Below the pieces are notes generated by a model. It saw nothing but the letters and a program-made list of their open reading frames with translations. It did not search any database and was not told the DNA's origin. Position numbers and translations under genes: made by a program. Below, piece after piece: positions 18,693 through 27,708 of a stretch of 64,000 bases of DNA; positions within the stretch are counted from its first letter, which is position 1; the number at the start of each line of letters is the position of its first letter. The DNA comes from Lachnospiraceae bacterium (GTDB taxonomy: Bacteria; Bacillota; Clostridia; Lachnospirales; Lachnospiraceae), in the NCBI GenBank assembly GCA_017442865.1, contig JAFRXK010000010.1, positions 17,810 to 81,809 on the forward strand, read 5' to 3'.

Positions 18693-18821
18693 ACTCTTCC
18701 TCCATATACTGATACTGTCTGTACCATTTAACATTCTTTCTTTAATCATCAAGTAGTATTCAAGACTATATTACATTGTCATCCTGTCTATGTCAATCAT
18801 ATATCTGTTATTTTACCGGAC

Positions 18822-18852
18822 ATTGTTAAAAATGCCGGACATCGTCCGGCAT
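18822..18852 (-). terminator. Terminator-like hairpin downstream of argD (distal copy)
   Basis: atgccggac-atc-gtccggcat (18832-18852) has a perfect 9-bp stem. On the minus strand it is followed by UUUUAACAAUG. Confidence 0.55.
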
Positions 18853-18888
18853 ACCTTAACAGCCATAGTGTCAATTGATTCTGATACA

Positions 18889-18924
18889 TTGTTAAAGGTG
18901 CCAGGCAGGTAACGTCTGACACCC
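18889..18924 (-). terminator. Terminator-like hairpin downstream of argD (proximal copy)
   Basis: An imperfect 10-bp stem lies at 18897-18923. On the minus strand it is followed by UUUAACAAUG, the same tail as the distal copy. Confidence 0.45.
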
Positions 18925-19011
18925 TTTGCATATTCATAATTAAATATATTGTTATTGCCCATGCACCGTAATTACCAGAATTCTTTTAAATAATTCAAGC
19001 ACAAATAATCC

Positions 19012-20205
19012 CTATGCATTAACCTTATCAAGCACCCCTTTAAAGGTCTTAAGCATCTCGTCAACATGCTCCTTTTTAACAATAAGCGGCGGCACAAATC
19101 TTATTACATTGGTTCCGGCTGTTATCAGAATAACGCCGCTTTCAATAGTCTCCTTTGCTATCGGTCCTACAGGCACATTAAACTCAAGACCCTGCATAAG
19201 TCCCACTCCTCTGTGAGCGGTAATGAAATCATACTCATTAACAAGCTCATCAAGCTTCTCTGAAAGATATGCGCCCACCTCGTTAACATTCTCAAGGATG
19301 TGCTCTTCTTCAAATATATCAAATACCTTGTCCGCTGCAGCACAAACCAGCGGATTGCCGCCATATGTAGTGCCGTGGTCTCCCGGAACAAGCGCCGCTG
19401 CCTTCTCATTTACAAGGAACGCACCTATAGGCAGTCCGTTTCCCAGAGCCTTTGCAACAGTCATGACATCAGGCTTCACGCCTGCGTATTCATGTGCGAA
19501 CATCCTTCCGCTTCTTCCCATACCGCACTGTATCTCGTCAAATATAAGCAGTATGTCATTTTCATCGCAGATTTTTCTTACGCCCTTTAAGAATTCATCA
19601 GTTGCAGGGTAAATGCCGCCCTCACCCTGTACAGGCTCTAAAATAATGGCGCAGGTCTTGTCATTTACAAGTACCTTTACGCTGTCAAGGTCATTGAAAT
19701 CCGCAAATTTAATGCCTCCGATTAACGGCTTAAACGCCTCCTGATAATGCGGGTTTCCTGTTACGGAAAGAGCGCCCATGCTTCTTCCATGGAACGAGTG
19801 GTTCATAGCAATAATTTCATGGTCATTTTTGCCGTCCTTATTGAACGCATACTTTCTTGCCGTCTTAATAGCGCCCTCTATCGCCTCTGTACCGCTGTTG
19901 GTAAAGAATACCCTGTCCATGCCCGCTGCCTTTGTAAGCTTCTTTGCGGCCTCAATGGCAGGCACATTGTAATAATAATTTGATGTATGCACAAGCTTGT
20001 CAACCTGCGCTTTAACAGCGTCATTAAACTTCTTATTGTTGTATCCAAGACCGAACACTGCAATTCCGGCGGCAAAATCAAGATACCTCTTACCCTCTAT
20101 GTCATAGAGGTAAACGCCCTCTCCCTTGTCAAATACTATCTGGTACCTGTTATATGTATGAAGAAGCACGCTCTCGGCTTCATCAATGTATTCACTCATT
20201 TTCAT
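19012..20205 (-). CDS. argD: Acetylornithine aminotransferase
   Basis: It is a class-III PLP aminotransferase ([38 protein letters not shown]) in an arg gene context. Confidence 0.9.
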   Translation of the reverse strand: MKMSEYIDEAESVLLHTYNRYQIVFDKGEGVYLYDIEGKRYLDFAAGIAVFGLGYNNKKFNDAVKAQVDKLVHTSNYYYNVPAIEAAKKLTKAAGMDRVFFTNSGTEAIEGAIKTARKYAFNKDGKNDHEIIAMNHSFHGRSMGALSVTGNPHYQEAFKPLIGGIKFADFNDLDSVKVLVNDKTCAIILEPVQGEGGIYPATDEFLKGVRKICDENDILLIFDEIQCGMGRSGRMFAHEYAGVKPDVMTVAKALGNGLPIGAFLVNEKAAALVPGDHGTTYGGNPLVCAAADKVFDIFEEEHILENVNEVGAYLSEKLDELVNEYDFITAHRGVGLMQGLEFNVPVGPIAKETIESGVILITAGTNVIRFVPPLIVKKEHVDEMLKTFKGVLDKVNA

Positions 20206-21088
20206 TGTAATACCTCACATCCTTATTTTCTATAATCGCTGTCCCTATCCCTTTATTAGTAAATATCTCAAGAAGCAGACAGTGTAAAATACGTCCGTCT
20301 AAAATATGCACCCGTGACACGCCCTCATGTATTGCGTTAACACAGTTTTGCAGCTTCGGAATCATACCGCCGCCTACATTGCCATCTGCAATAAACTTCT
20401 CTGCTTCCTCAACTGTAAGTTCTGAAATAAGACTGCTCTTATCGTTGAAATCTCTGTACACGCCCTCGATATCAGTAAGGAATGCAAGCTTCTCTGCATT
20501 TACCGCCTTTGCAATGGCACACGCCGCATCATCGGCATTTATATTATATGAATTAAAATTATCGTCAAAGCCTATAGGACATACTATCGGAAGAAAATCA
20601 TTTGCCAGAAGGTCCATGATTACCTTTGGATTTACCTTATCAACCTCTCCGACAAAGCCTATATCCTCACCATCCGCAAACTTCTTTGTTACATGAAGCA
20701 TGCCGCCATCCTTACCGCTTACACCGACTGCCTTTACTCCAAGCTCCTGAACCATTGAAACGAGACTCTTATTAACTCTGTTTAAAACCATCTCGGCGAT
20801 TTCCATGGTATCTGCGTCTGTTACACGAAGTCCGTTCACAAATCTCGGTTCCATACCGACCTTGCCGACCCATTTACTGATTTCCTTGCCGCCGCCGTGT
20901 ACGATAATAGGCTTGAAGCCAACAAGCTTTAAGAGAACAACGTCTTTGATGACATTCTTCTTAAGCTCCTCGTCAATCATGGCACTGCCGCCATACTTGA
21001 CAACTATAATCTTGCGGTTAAATCTCTGTATATACGGAAGCGCCTCTATAAGGACTTCTGCCTTTGACATAATCTCCTGCTCCATCAC
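20192..21088 (-). CDS. argB: Acetylglutamate kinase
   Basis: The sequence shows [23 protein letters not shown] and GGMIPK. It overlaps the argD start by 14 nt. Confidence 0.92.
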   Translation of the reverse strand: MMEQEIMSKAEVLIEALPYIQRFNRKIIVVKYGGSAMIDEELKKNVIKDVVLLKLVGFKPIIVHGGGKEISKWVGKVGMEPRFVNGLRVTDADTMEIAEMVLNRVNKSLVSMVQELGVKAVGVSGKDGGMLHVTKKFADGEDIGFVGEVDKVNPKVIMDLLANDFLPIVCPIGFDDNFNSYNINADDAACAIAKAVNAEKLAFLTDIEGVYRDFNDKSSLISELTVEEAEKFIADGNVGGGMIPKLQNCVNAIHEGVSRVHILDGRILHCLLLEIFTNKGIGTAIIENKDVRYYNENE

Positions 21089-21398
21089 AATTCCTCCACT
21101 GATAAAAATATAATATCCGTCCGCAACGCTCTAGCATAAATATAAATAATAATGCAATGTTACTTCCATTATGCTTTTCTGTCAAGCTCTTTTTTTATTA
21201 ACTTGGTTTTATTTATGCATTTTATGTTAATAATATCTTTGAATTAATGCATATTGTTTGTTTTATGTAAATTTTTATACACAACAACTTTTGATATATG
21301 TTTTTTATGGCACTGCATGATGCCGGTCTGACGCATTTATTCCGCTTTGCCGTTAATAAGTATCTGCAGAATATGTATTCCCCGCTTAATTCTATGCG

Positions 21399-21440
21399 AC
21401 AAAAAGCCCGTATACAAAGATTAATCAATGTATACAGGCT
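21399..21440 (-). terminator. Terminator after the 199-aa repeat-protein gene
   Basis: On the minus strand, agcctgtatac pairs with gtatacgggct (plus-strand coordinates 21429-21439 and 21404-21414). The hairpin is followed by UUUUU. Confidence 0.55.
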
Positions 21441-21460
21441 GGCTTTTAAATATTCTATCA

Positions 21461-22060
21461 TCAACCTACAGGTATAAACGGAAGCTCATACTCTTCCTGC
21501 TCTATACTAAAAGGCTCGGTCTGTGCAGGACTTGTCTCGCTATTTGTCTCCTGCTGTGCAGGCTTTGTCTCGCTCTTTGTCTCCTGCTGCGCAGGCTTTG
21601 TCTCGCTCTTTGTCTCCTGCTGTGATGACTTTGTCTCCTGTTGTGCGGGCTTTGTCTCGCTCTTTGTCTCCTGCTGTGCAGGTTTTGTTGATGACTTAGT
21701 TTCCTGCTGTGATGACTTTGTCTCCTGTTGTGCAGGCTTCGTTGATGAATCAGTCTGTGCTCCGCCTGAATTATCATTTTCAGGCTTCTCACTTACCTGC
21801 TGACTTTCATCCGCATCACCCAAACCGTCACTTTGCCCTTCGCCTTCAGACTCTGTTGTTACTGCCTCGGAATTCTGAGACATCTGCTCTGAATCTGCCT
21901 GAATACTCTCGGCAGGTGATGAAGGCTCTTTAGATTCCTCCAGCGTCGTCACAGTATCCTGTACATCACTATGTCTGCCGCTGACATAATAAATTATAAA
22001 GGCTGTAACACATATCAGCAGAATCAAAATCAAAGGAATAATCTTCTTATTCTTATTCAT
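21461..22060 (-). CDS. Single-pass membrane protein with acidic, disordered repeat region (TKPAQQETKSE units) and C-terminal EYELPFIP motif
   Basis: It has an N-terminal TM helix (IIPLILILLICVTAFIIYYV), a low-complexity ectodomain or tail, and 33-bp DNA repeats. No family was recognised. Confidence 0.6.
   Translation of the reverse strand: MNKNKKIIPLILILLICVTAFIIYYVSGRHSDVQDTVTTLEESKEPSSPAESIQADSEQMSQNSEAVTTESEGEGQSDGLGDADESQQVSEKPENDNSGGAQTDSSTKPAQQETKSSQQETKSSTKPAQQETKSETKPAQQETKSSQQETKSETKPAQQETKSETKPAQQETNSETSPAQTEPFSIEQEEYELPFIPVG
21521..21745. repeat. About 33-bp in-frame tandem repeats inside the 199-aa gene
   Basis: Units of the form ctgtgcaggctttgtctcgctctttgtctcctg are reiterated about 6 times with variants. 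Confidence 0.8.
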
Positions 22061-22081
22061 TTACATCTCCAATATCATATA

Positions 22082-22213
22082 TCACGGCTTATTTGGAATA
22101 AACGGCAACTCATATTCGTCCCAAGGAATTGTAGTACTCGGATCGGTCATAACGTCCTCAGTTTCGAATTCTATCATCTCTATCTCAGGCTTTTCATAAA
22201 TCTCTCTCTTCAT
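22082..22213 (-). CDS. Untracked 43-aa ORF (MKREIYEKPEIEMIEFETEDVMTDPSTTIPWDEYELPFIPNKP)
   Basis: I translated it manually. It starts at ATG 22213, preceded by a GGAGGGAG Shine-Dalgarno 7 nt upstream, and stops at TGA 22084-22082. It ends 21 nt before the next gene start and shares the EYELPFIP C-terminal motif with that gene. Confidence 0.55.
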   Translation of the reverse strand: MKREIYEKPEIEMIEFETEDVMTDPSTTIPWDEYELPFIPNKP

Positions 22214-22400
22214 AAATACTCCCTCCGGTAATATTAATATATCTCGGCTTATAATATAACATTATTAAATCTTTTTAAGTATATCATATACTAAATGAAA
22301 ATACAATTGTTTTTTATTATGCTAAGCAGTATATACCCACATATATAACACATAATATGAATGCATATGGCTGTGCAATCCTCCTAAAGGCATTCATGGT

Positions 22401-23444
22401 TTACGGGAATACCGGTACCAGTTCAAGTCCTAAATTCTCTTTAAAACCAAACATAAGGTTCATATTCTGTACAGCCTGACCTGCAGCACCCTTAACAAGG
22501 TTATCAAGTGCGCCCATCATAATGATTCTTCCTGTACGCTCGTCAATCTTAAAGCCTATATCAACAAAATTGCTGCCCTCAACCCATCTTGTCTCAGGAC
22601 ACACATCCTTGTCAAGCAGTCTGATAAAGTATTCGTCTCCATAATACTTCTCATATATTGCTTTAACATCTTCGTATGTAACATTTTCATTAAGATTAGC
22701 GTAAGCAGTTACAAGAATGCCTCTGTTCATAGGAACAAGATGAGGCGTGAAATTAATAAGCACGTCCTGTCCGCATGCGTATGAAAGCTGCTCCTCTATC
22801 TCTGGTGTGTGACGGTGTGTTGCAACGCCATACGCCTTAATGCTTTCGTTGACCTCGCAAAAGAGGTTGTTTACCTTTGCTCCTCTTCCTGCGCCTGAGG
22901 TACCTGACTTTGCATCTATTATAAGTGAGTTGGCATCAATTACAAACTCCCTGACCAAAGGAATCGTAGTAAGAATTGAGCAGGTTGTATAGCAGCCCGG
23001 ATTTGCAAGAATTCTTGTCTTTCTGATATCTTCCCTGTTTATCTCGCAAAGGCCATATACTGCCTCATCTATGTACTGCGGTGCAGCATGCTTAATGCCA
23101 TACCACTTTTCATATACATTAACATCCTTAAGCCTGAAATCCGCGCTTAAGTCGATAATCTTTACCTTTGATAAAATATCGTCATTTACAAGGCTTGCAC
23201 AAAGTCCCTGCGGTGTTGCTGTAAATATGACATCCACGCTGTCCGCAAGCTCCTCCATATTGTCATCCATGCACTTAGCATCAACAAGCTTAAAGAAATT
23301 CTGGTATACCGAAGCGTACTTTTTGTCAACATAGCTTCTTGAACCATACCACGCAATCTCAACCTCAGGGTGCGCCAGAAGAAGCCTTACAAGCTCTGCT
23401 CCGGCATATCCCGTCGAACCGATAATTCCTGCCTTTATCATCAT
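22401..23444 (-). CDS. argC: N-acetyl-gamma-glutamyl-phosphate reductase
   Basis: The sequence shows GIIGSTGYAGAELVRLL and the active-site context ANPGCYTT. Confidence 0.92.
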   Translation of the reverse strand: MMIKAGIIGSTGYAGAELVRLLLAHPEVEIAWYGSRSYVDKKYASVYQNFFKLVDAKCMDDNMEELADSVDVIFTATPQGLCASLVNDDILSKVKIIDLSADFRLKDVNVYEKWYGIKHAAPQYIDEAVYGLCEINREDIRKTRILANPGCYTTCSILTTIPLVREFVIDANSLIIDAKSGTSGAGRGAKVNNLFCEVNESIKAYGVATHRHTPEIEEQLSYACGQDVLINFTPHLVPMNRGILVTAYANLNENVTYEDVKAIYEKYYGDEYFIRLLDKDVCPETRWVEGSNFVDIGFKIDERTGRIIMMGALDNLVKGAAGQAVQNMNLMFGFKENLGLELVPVFP

Positions 23445-23783
23445 TCAATCCTCCAGAAAATATTTTTATGCAGCCGGCAAACGCTCTTATAAAGATGATG
23501 CATTTATTAAGCATTTTTGTCAGCACTGTGTTCCAAAACAAATGTCACATATATTTAGTATAGCGGTGTTTTTAATTTAGTAAAGCATTTTTTTCATGTT
23601 TATTCAAAAAAAATGCTCCTTTTGCCCACTTCTATGCATTTTGCACATATTTATTCATATTATGTGTATATTATTCATTAAAATCACGTTTTTATAAAAT
23701 ACTATTGCATTCTATATAATATTGTTGTATATTTATTAAAGTTCAATTATAGAATTTTAAATCACGTTCAGGAGGTAATTTCA

Positions 23784-24998
23784 ATGAAGGAAAAAGTTAT
23801 TTTAGCCTACTCAGGCGGACTTGATACTACAGTACTTATACCTTGGTTAAAGGAAAACTACGATTACGAGGTTATTTGTGTTTGTATCGACGTAGGACAG
23901 GAAAGCGAATTAGACGGACTTGAGGAAAGAGCAACTTACACAGGCGCATCAAAGCTCTACATTGAGCATGTTGTTGATGAGTTCTGTGATGAATACATTC
24001 TTCCATGTATTAAGGCAAATGCAATCTATGAAAATAAATACTTACTCGGTACTGCCATGGCAAGACCGCTTATTGCAAAGATTCTTGTTGATATCGCAAG
24101 AAAAGAAGGCGCTGTAGCTATCTGCCATGGTGCAACAGGCAAGGGTAACGACCAGGTACGTTTTGAGCTTGGTATCAAGGCATTGGCTCCTGACCTTAAG
24201 ATAATCGCTCCTTGGAGAATCTGGAACATCCAGTCACGTGAGGAAGAGCTTGAATACTGCGCAGCAAGAAATATCGACCTTCCGTTCAAGGCAGACAGCA
24301 GCTACAGCCGCGACCGCAACATCTGGCACATCAGCCATGAGGGTCTTGAGCTTGAGGATCCTGCAAATGCACCTAACTATGACCATATGCTTGTACTCGG
24401 CACAACGCCGCAGAACGCTCCGGATGAGGCAGAGGACATCTCAATTTATTTTGAGGAAGGAAAGCCTGTAGCCCTTAATGGCGAGAGAATGAAGCTTTCA
24501 GACATTATCAAGAAGTTAAACGCACTCGGCGGCAAGCACGGCATCGGTATCTGCGACATCGTAGAAAACCGTATGGTCGGCATGAAGTCACGTGGCGTAT
24601 ACGAGACACCGGGCGGAACAATCCTTATGGAAGCACATATGCAGCTTGAGGAGCTCATCCTCGACAAGGAAACACTTGCAATGAAGAAGACAATCGGCAA
24701 CTCATTCGGCGAGGTAGTTTACTGTGCTAAGTGGTTCAGCCCGCTTCGTGAAGCACTTCAGGCATTCGTTGAGTCAACACAGAAGTATGTAACCGGTGAA
24801 GCAAAGATGAAGCTCTACAAGGGCAACATCATCAAGCAGGGCACAACTTCTCCATACTCACTCTACAACGAAAGCATTGCATCATTTACAACAGGCGACC
24901 TCTATGACCACCATGATGCAGAAGGCTTCATCAACCTTTACGGTCTTTCAACAAAGGTTCGCGCTATGAAGATGGCAGAGATTGAAGCAAATAAGTAA
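23784..24998 (+). CDS. argG: Argininosuccinate synthase
   Basis: The sequence shows AYSGGLDTT and [13 protein letters not shown]. It is full length at 404 aa, with a GGAGG Shine-Dalgarno. Confidence 0.95.
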   Translation: MKEKVILAYSGGLDTTVLIPWLKENYDYEVICVCIDVGQESELDGLEERATYTGASKLYIEHVVDEFCDEYILPCIKANAIYENKYLLGTAMARPLIAKILVDIARKEGAVAICHGATGKGNDQVRFELGIKALAPDLKIIAPWRIWNIQSREEELEYCAARNIDLPFKADSSYSRDRNIWHISHEGLELEDPANAPNYDHMLVLGTTPQNAPDEAEDISIYFEEGKPVALNGERMKLSDIIKKLNALGGKHGIGICDIVENRMVGMKSRGVYETPGGTILMEAHMQLEELILDKETLAMKKTIGNSFGEVVYCAKWFSPLREALQAFVESTQKYVTGEAKMKLYKGNIIKQGTTSPYSLYNESIASFTTGDLYDHHDAEGFINLYGLSTKVRAMKMAEIEANK

Positions 24999-25010
24999 TT
25001 CATAAAAAAT

Positions 25011-25050
25011 CAGGCAGAAGACTTCCCAAAAGCCTTCTGCCTTTTTCTTT
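25011..25050 (+). terminator. argG intrinsic terminator
   Basis: aggcagaag (25011-25019) pairs with cttctgcct (25033-25041), followed by a T-run. Confidence 0.75.
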
Positions 25051-25081
25051 TTCATATATTTAATTTTAATATTCCGGCTTT

Positions 25082-25489
25082 TTATCTAGCTGCCAGCATT
25101 CTAATTGCCATAAACAGGCTCAACAGAATACATACACCGCCGGCAACAACAGCAATAATGCTGCCGCCCTTTGTAGCTGCTGTTACGTACTCAGGCTTAT
25201 CAGGATTGTAGCGTACTGTTATCTTGTCACCGTTATGAATATCAGTTGGTGCGCTGTTTAACATTTCAGTATACTCTGTGCCGTTAATTGTATAAGTAAC
25301 CTCTGCTTCAACATCTGTTCTTGTTGAACCGTCAGAATCCTCAACAACAGTCTTTTCAACATTCACAACAGTTGCTTCAATCTCCGGGAAATTCTTCACC
25401 TCCGACATGCTCTTAAAGCCCATCACAATAATGACGATACCCAGAATAACACCTACAAGAGAACCAATAAGACCTACCAATCTGTTCAT
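25082..25489 (-). CDS. DUF3592-like membrane protein
   Basis: It has N- and C-terminal TM helices flanking a beta-rich segment (ATVVNVEK...VTYTINGTEY...ITVRYNPDKP), as is typical of DUF3592. Confidence 0.6.
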   Translation of the reverse strand: MNRLVGLIGSLVGVILGIVIIVMGFKSMSEVKNFPEIEATVVNVEKTVVEDSDGSTRTDVEAEVTYTINGTEYTEMLNSAPTDIHNGDKITVRYNPDKPEYVTAATKGGSIIAVVAGGVCILLSLFMAIRMLAAR

Positions 25490-25564
25490 ACTTAACCTTC
25501 CTCCTTTTATTATTTATATTAAGCTAAAATACACCTATATAATCCGCAAATGCTTTAAGTGTAT

Positions 25565-27613
25565 TTATCTTCGCATTAATATCTTTTTATTTGAATATAC
25601 GCCTGCAAGAGTGATTCCCGCAAGACTCATCACAAGAGCAATAAGATAATAATTTACATTATCGCCTGTTGCCGGTGACATCTCATTCTTTGTCTCAGCC
25701 TGAGTCTGTCCGCCCTCATCAGATTCCTTTGTCTCCTCTGCCGGCAAGCCTCCGTTATAATAAGAGTCTCTTGCCTGAACCAGCTTAAGATTTGTCTGTG
25801 GATAATGATTTAATAACAGGGCATCAACATTTTTTATAACTGTAGCAATATGATATAAATCCTTTACATTCGGTTCATCTACCGGATCATCAACGTGCTT
25901 TGCACCCTCATCATAGCCTATATTGTACTGCTCCTCATATACTCTGTTATATTCTTCAAGATATTCATCAGTCATCCAATCGTCTACAAACAAATATTCA
26001 TCATATGGCTTTCTTTCATCACCACACCTGCCATCGCTATAACCGGAATATCCGGCCATTCTCTTTGCATCATAATCAGCCTTTGCTTTCAAATCTTCAC
26101 TATGTGCCTGTCCGAGTACATAACCTTTATCATATTCCTGCTGATATACTTCCAGATATGCGTTTAAATACTCCGGTCCAAAATCGGCAATGTAAGCAGG
26201 CACAGCATCCTTTTCCTGCTTCATGAAACCATCGTCATAGCCATTTGAAAAGCCGCTTTCACTACCGTGAGAAACACCCAAATCATAATCACTCATATTA
26301 TATTCGGGCATTTCCCTATCGTAATATTCATCATAATCAATGCCATCATAATAATGTTCATCATCTAAAACAATAGGTATAGCCACCTTAAGAAGAGGAA
26401 ATACGCTGTCTTTAATTGTTTCAATTTCCTGATCAGTAAATACCTTTCCGTTCTCAGAATTTCTCACATAATCAATAACACGTTTTAACAAATCAGCTAT
26501 CTTTTCCGTCACATAATCCGACCTGTGAACAAGAATCATCCACGCTTTATCATATAACTCCTCACTATATTCCGGATTATTCATCACTGTTGTTAATACA
26601 TCATCTTTAATGAAATTTATCATCCTTGTACGCTCTTGCGCCGGCTTATCAAATGCTATTTCAAAAAGATTGCTTACAGGCATATCAAGATTTTCAGAAT
26701 AAACTTCTCTTGGAAGTCTGTCTGAAAGCCAGTCAATAAACTCTGCCAGAAATTCATCTAACTGTGCCTGTCCATACTCTGTCTGCTCAGTCAGTCCGGT
26801 GTATGTGGTTATGGTCTGAGGCCCGCCTATCTTTATAAGCCTGCCGTTGGTATGCATACCCCAGTTCTTCGGATAAACATACGGAATAAGGTCGTTTATA
26901 TTGACAATATTATAAATATTATCATAAACGGTATCATCAACGCTTGCTGCCGGAGCCTCAAATGTATAGACATACAAATCATCATAAGATGTTTCAAACT
27001 CCGTAAGGTTTTTATTTATGTATACGCCCATTAAGTCAGAGATGGCGCCTGCCCTTGAATAACCGGTTATCCAGATTTTGTTTTTTGTCAGACTGTTTTC
27101 ACTGATATAGGCTTTCAATCTTGCAAGCACCTTATCTGCCGAATCCTTAAAGCCCTTTGCGTCTCCTTCCTTGCCCACAATAAAATTTGACGCCCATTCG
27201 CTGTCATATTTCTCGCCTCTTATGGCAACCGCAATCAGGTTGTAATCATCAACCTTTTTACTTGCGATAACAGAGCCTATAGTATCTCTTGACGGCTTTT
27301 CAACCATATCTGCAACTGCTATATTCGTAAAGCCTGTATCCTCCAGAAGCTTTGTAGTATATGATGCACCTCTTATCTCAAAGGTTGACAGCGCAAGATT
27401 CAGTGACATGGTCTGCAAATGCTCGTTCTCAGTCCTGCTGCTCTGCCTGAAGTAATCATCGCTATAATAATATGTCTCCTCTGTCACATCCTCAAAAGCC
27501 GGCATATAGCTGAACCTTCCGGTCTGCACGCCGCCTGCAAATGAAGTAAATGGCACTGCGCTTATAAGAACCGCCAGAATTAAAAGGATGCTTATTATTT
27601 TTCTTTTTTCCAT
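25565..27613 (-). CDS. Cell-wall-anchored class-3-lipase-like alpha/beta hydrolase with Tyr/Asp-rich C-terminal region
   Basis: It has a signal peptide. VAIRGEKYDSEW and WITGYSRAGAISD align with the lipase_3 RGT and GHSLGGA motifs. The C-terminus is SPATGDN plus a TM helix plus KKILMRR. Confidence 0.6.
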   Translation of the reverse strand: MEKRKIISILLILAVLISAVPFTSFAGGVQTGRFSYMPAFEDVTEETYYYSDDYFRQSSRTENEHLQTMSLNLALSTFEIRGASYTTKLLEDTGFTNIAVADMVEKPSRDTIGSVIASKKVDDYNLIAVAIRGEKYDSEWASNFIVGKEGDAKGFKDSADKVLARLKAYISENSLTKNKIWITGYSRAGAISDLMGVYINKNLTEFETSYDDLYVYTFEAPAASVDDTVYDNIYNIVNINDLIPYVYPKNWGMHTNGRLIKIGGPQTITTYTGLTEQTEYGQAQLDEFLAEFIDWLSDRLPREVYSENLDMPVSNLFEIAFDKPAQERTRMINFIKDDVLTTVMNNPEYSEELYDKAWMILVHRSDYVTEKIADLLKRVIDYVRNSENGKVFTDQEIETIKDSVFPLLKVAIPIVLDDEHYYDGIDYDEYYDREMPEYNMSDYDLGVSHGSESGFSNGYDDGFMKQEKDAVPAYIADFGPEYLNAYLEVYQQEYDKGYVLGQAHSEDLKAKADYDAKRMAGYSGYSDGRCGDERKPYDEYLFVDDWMTDEYLEEYNRVYEEQYNIGYDEGAKHVDDPVDEPNVKDLYHIATVIKNVDALLLNHYPQTNLKLVQARDSYYNGGLPAEETKESDEGGQTQAETKNEMSPATGDNVNYYLIALVMSLAGITLAGVYSNKKILMRR

Positions 27614-27708
27614 AAACCCCTGCTCCTTTTTTAAGGATATAATACTATTATAATTATAAAATTATAATGGTGTCAATCATTATTTAAGCATCCGCTTCCC
27701 TGTCTTAT

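Noticed and set aside
21222-21464. 80-aa minus-strand ORF upstream of argB
   Set aside because: It lies in AT-rich intergenic DNA and contains the terminator hairpin of the preceding gene. It has no Shine-Dalgarno and an odd composition.
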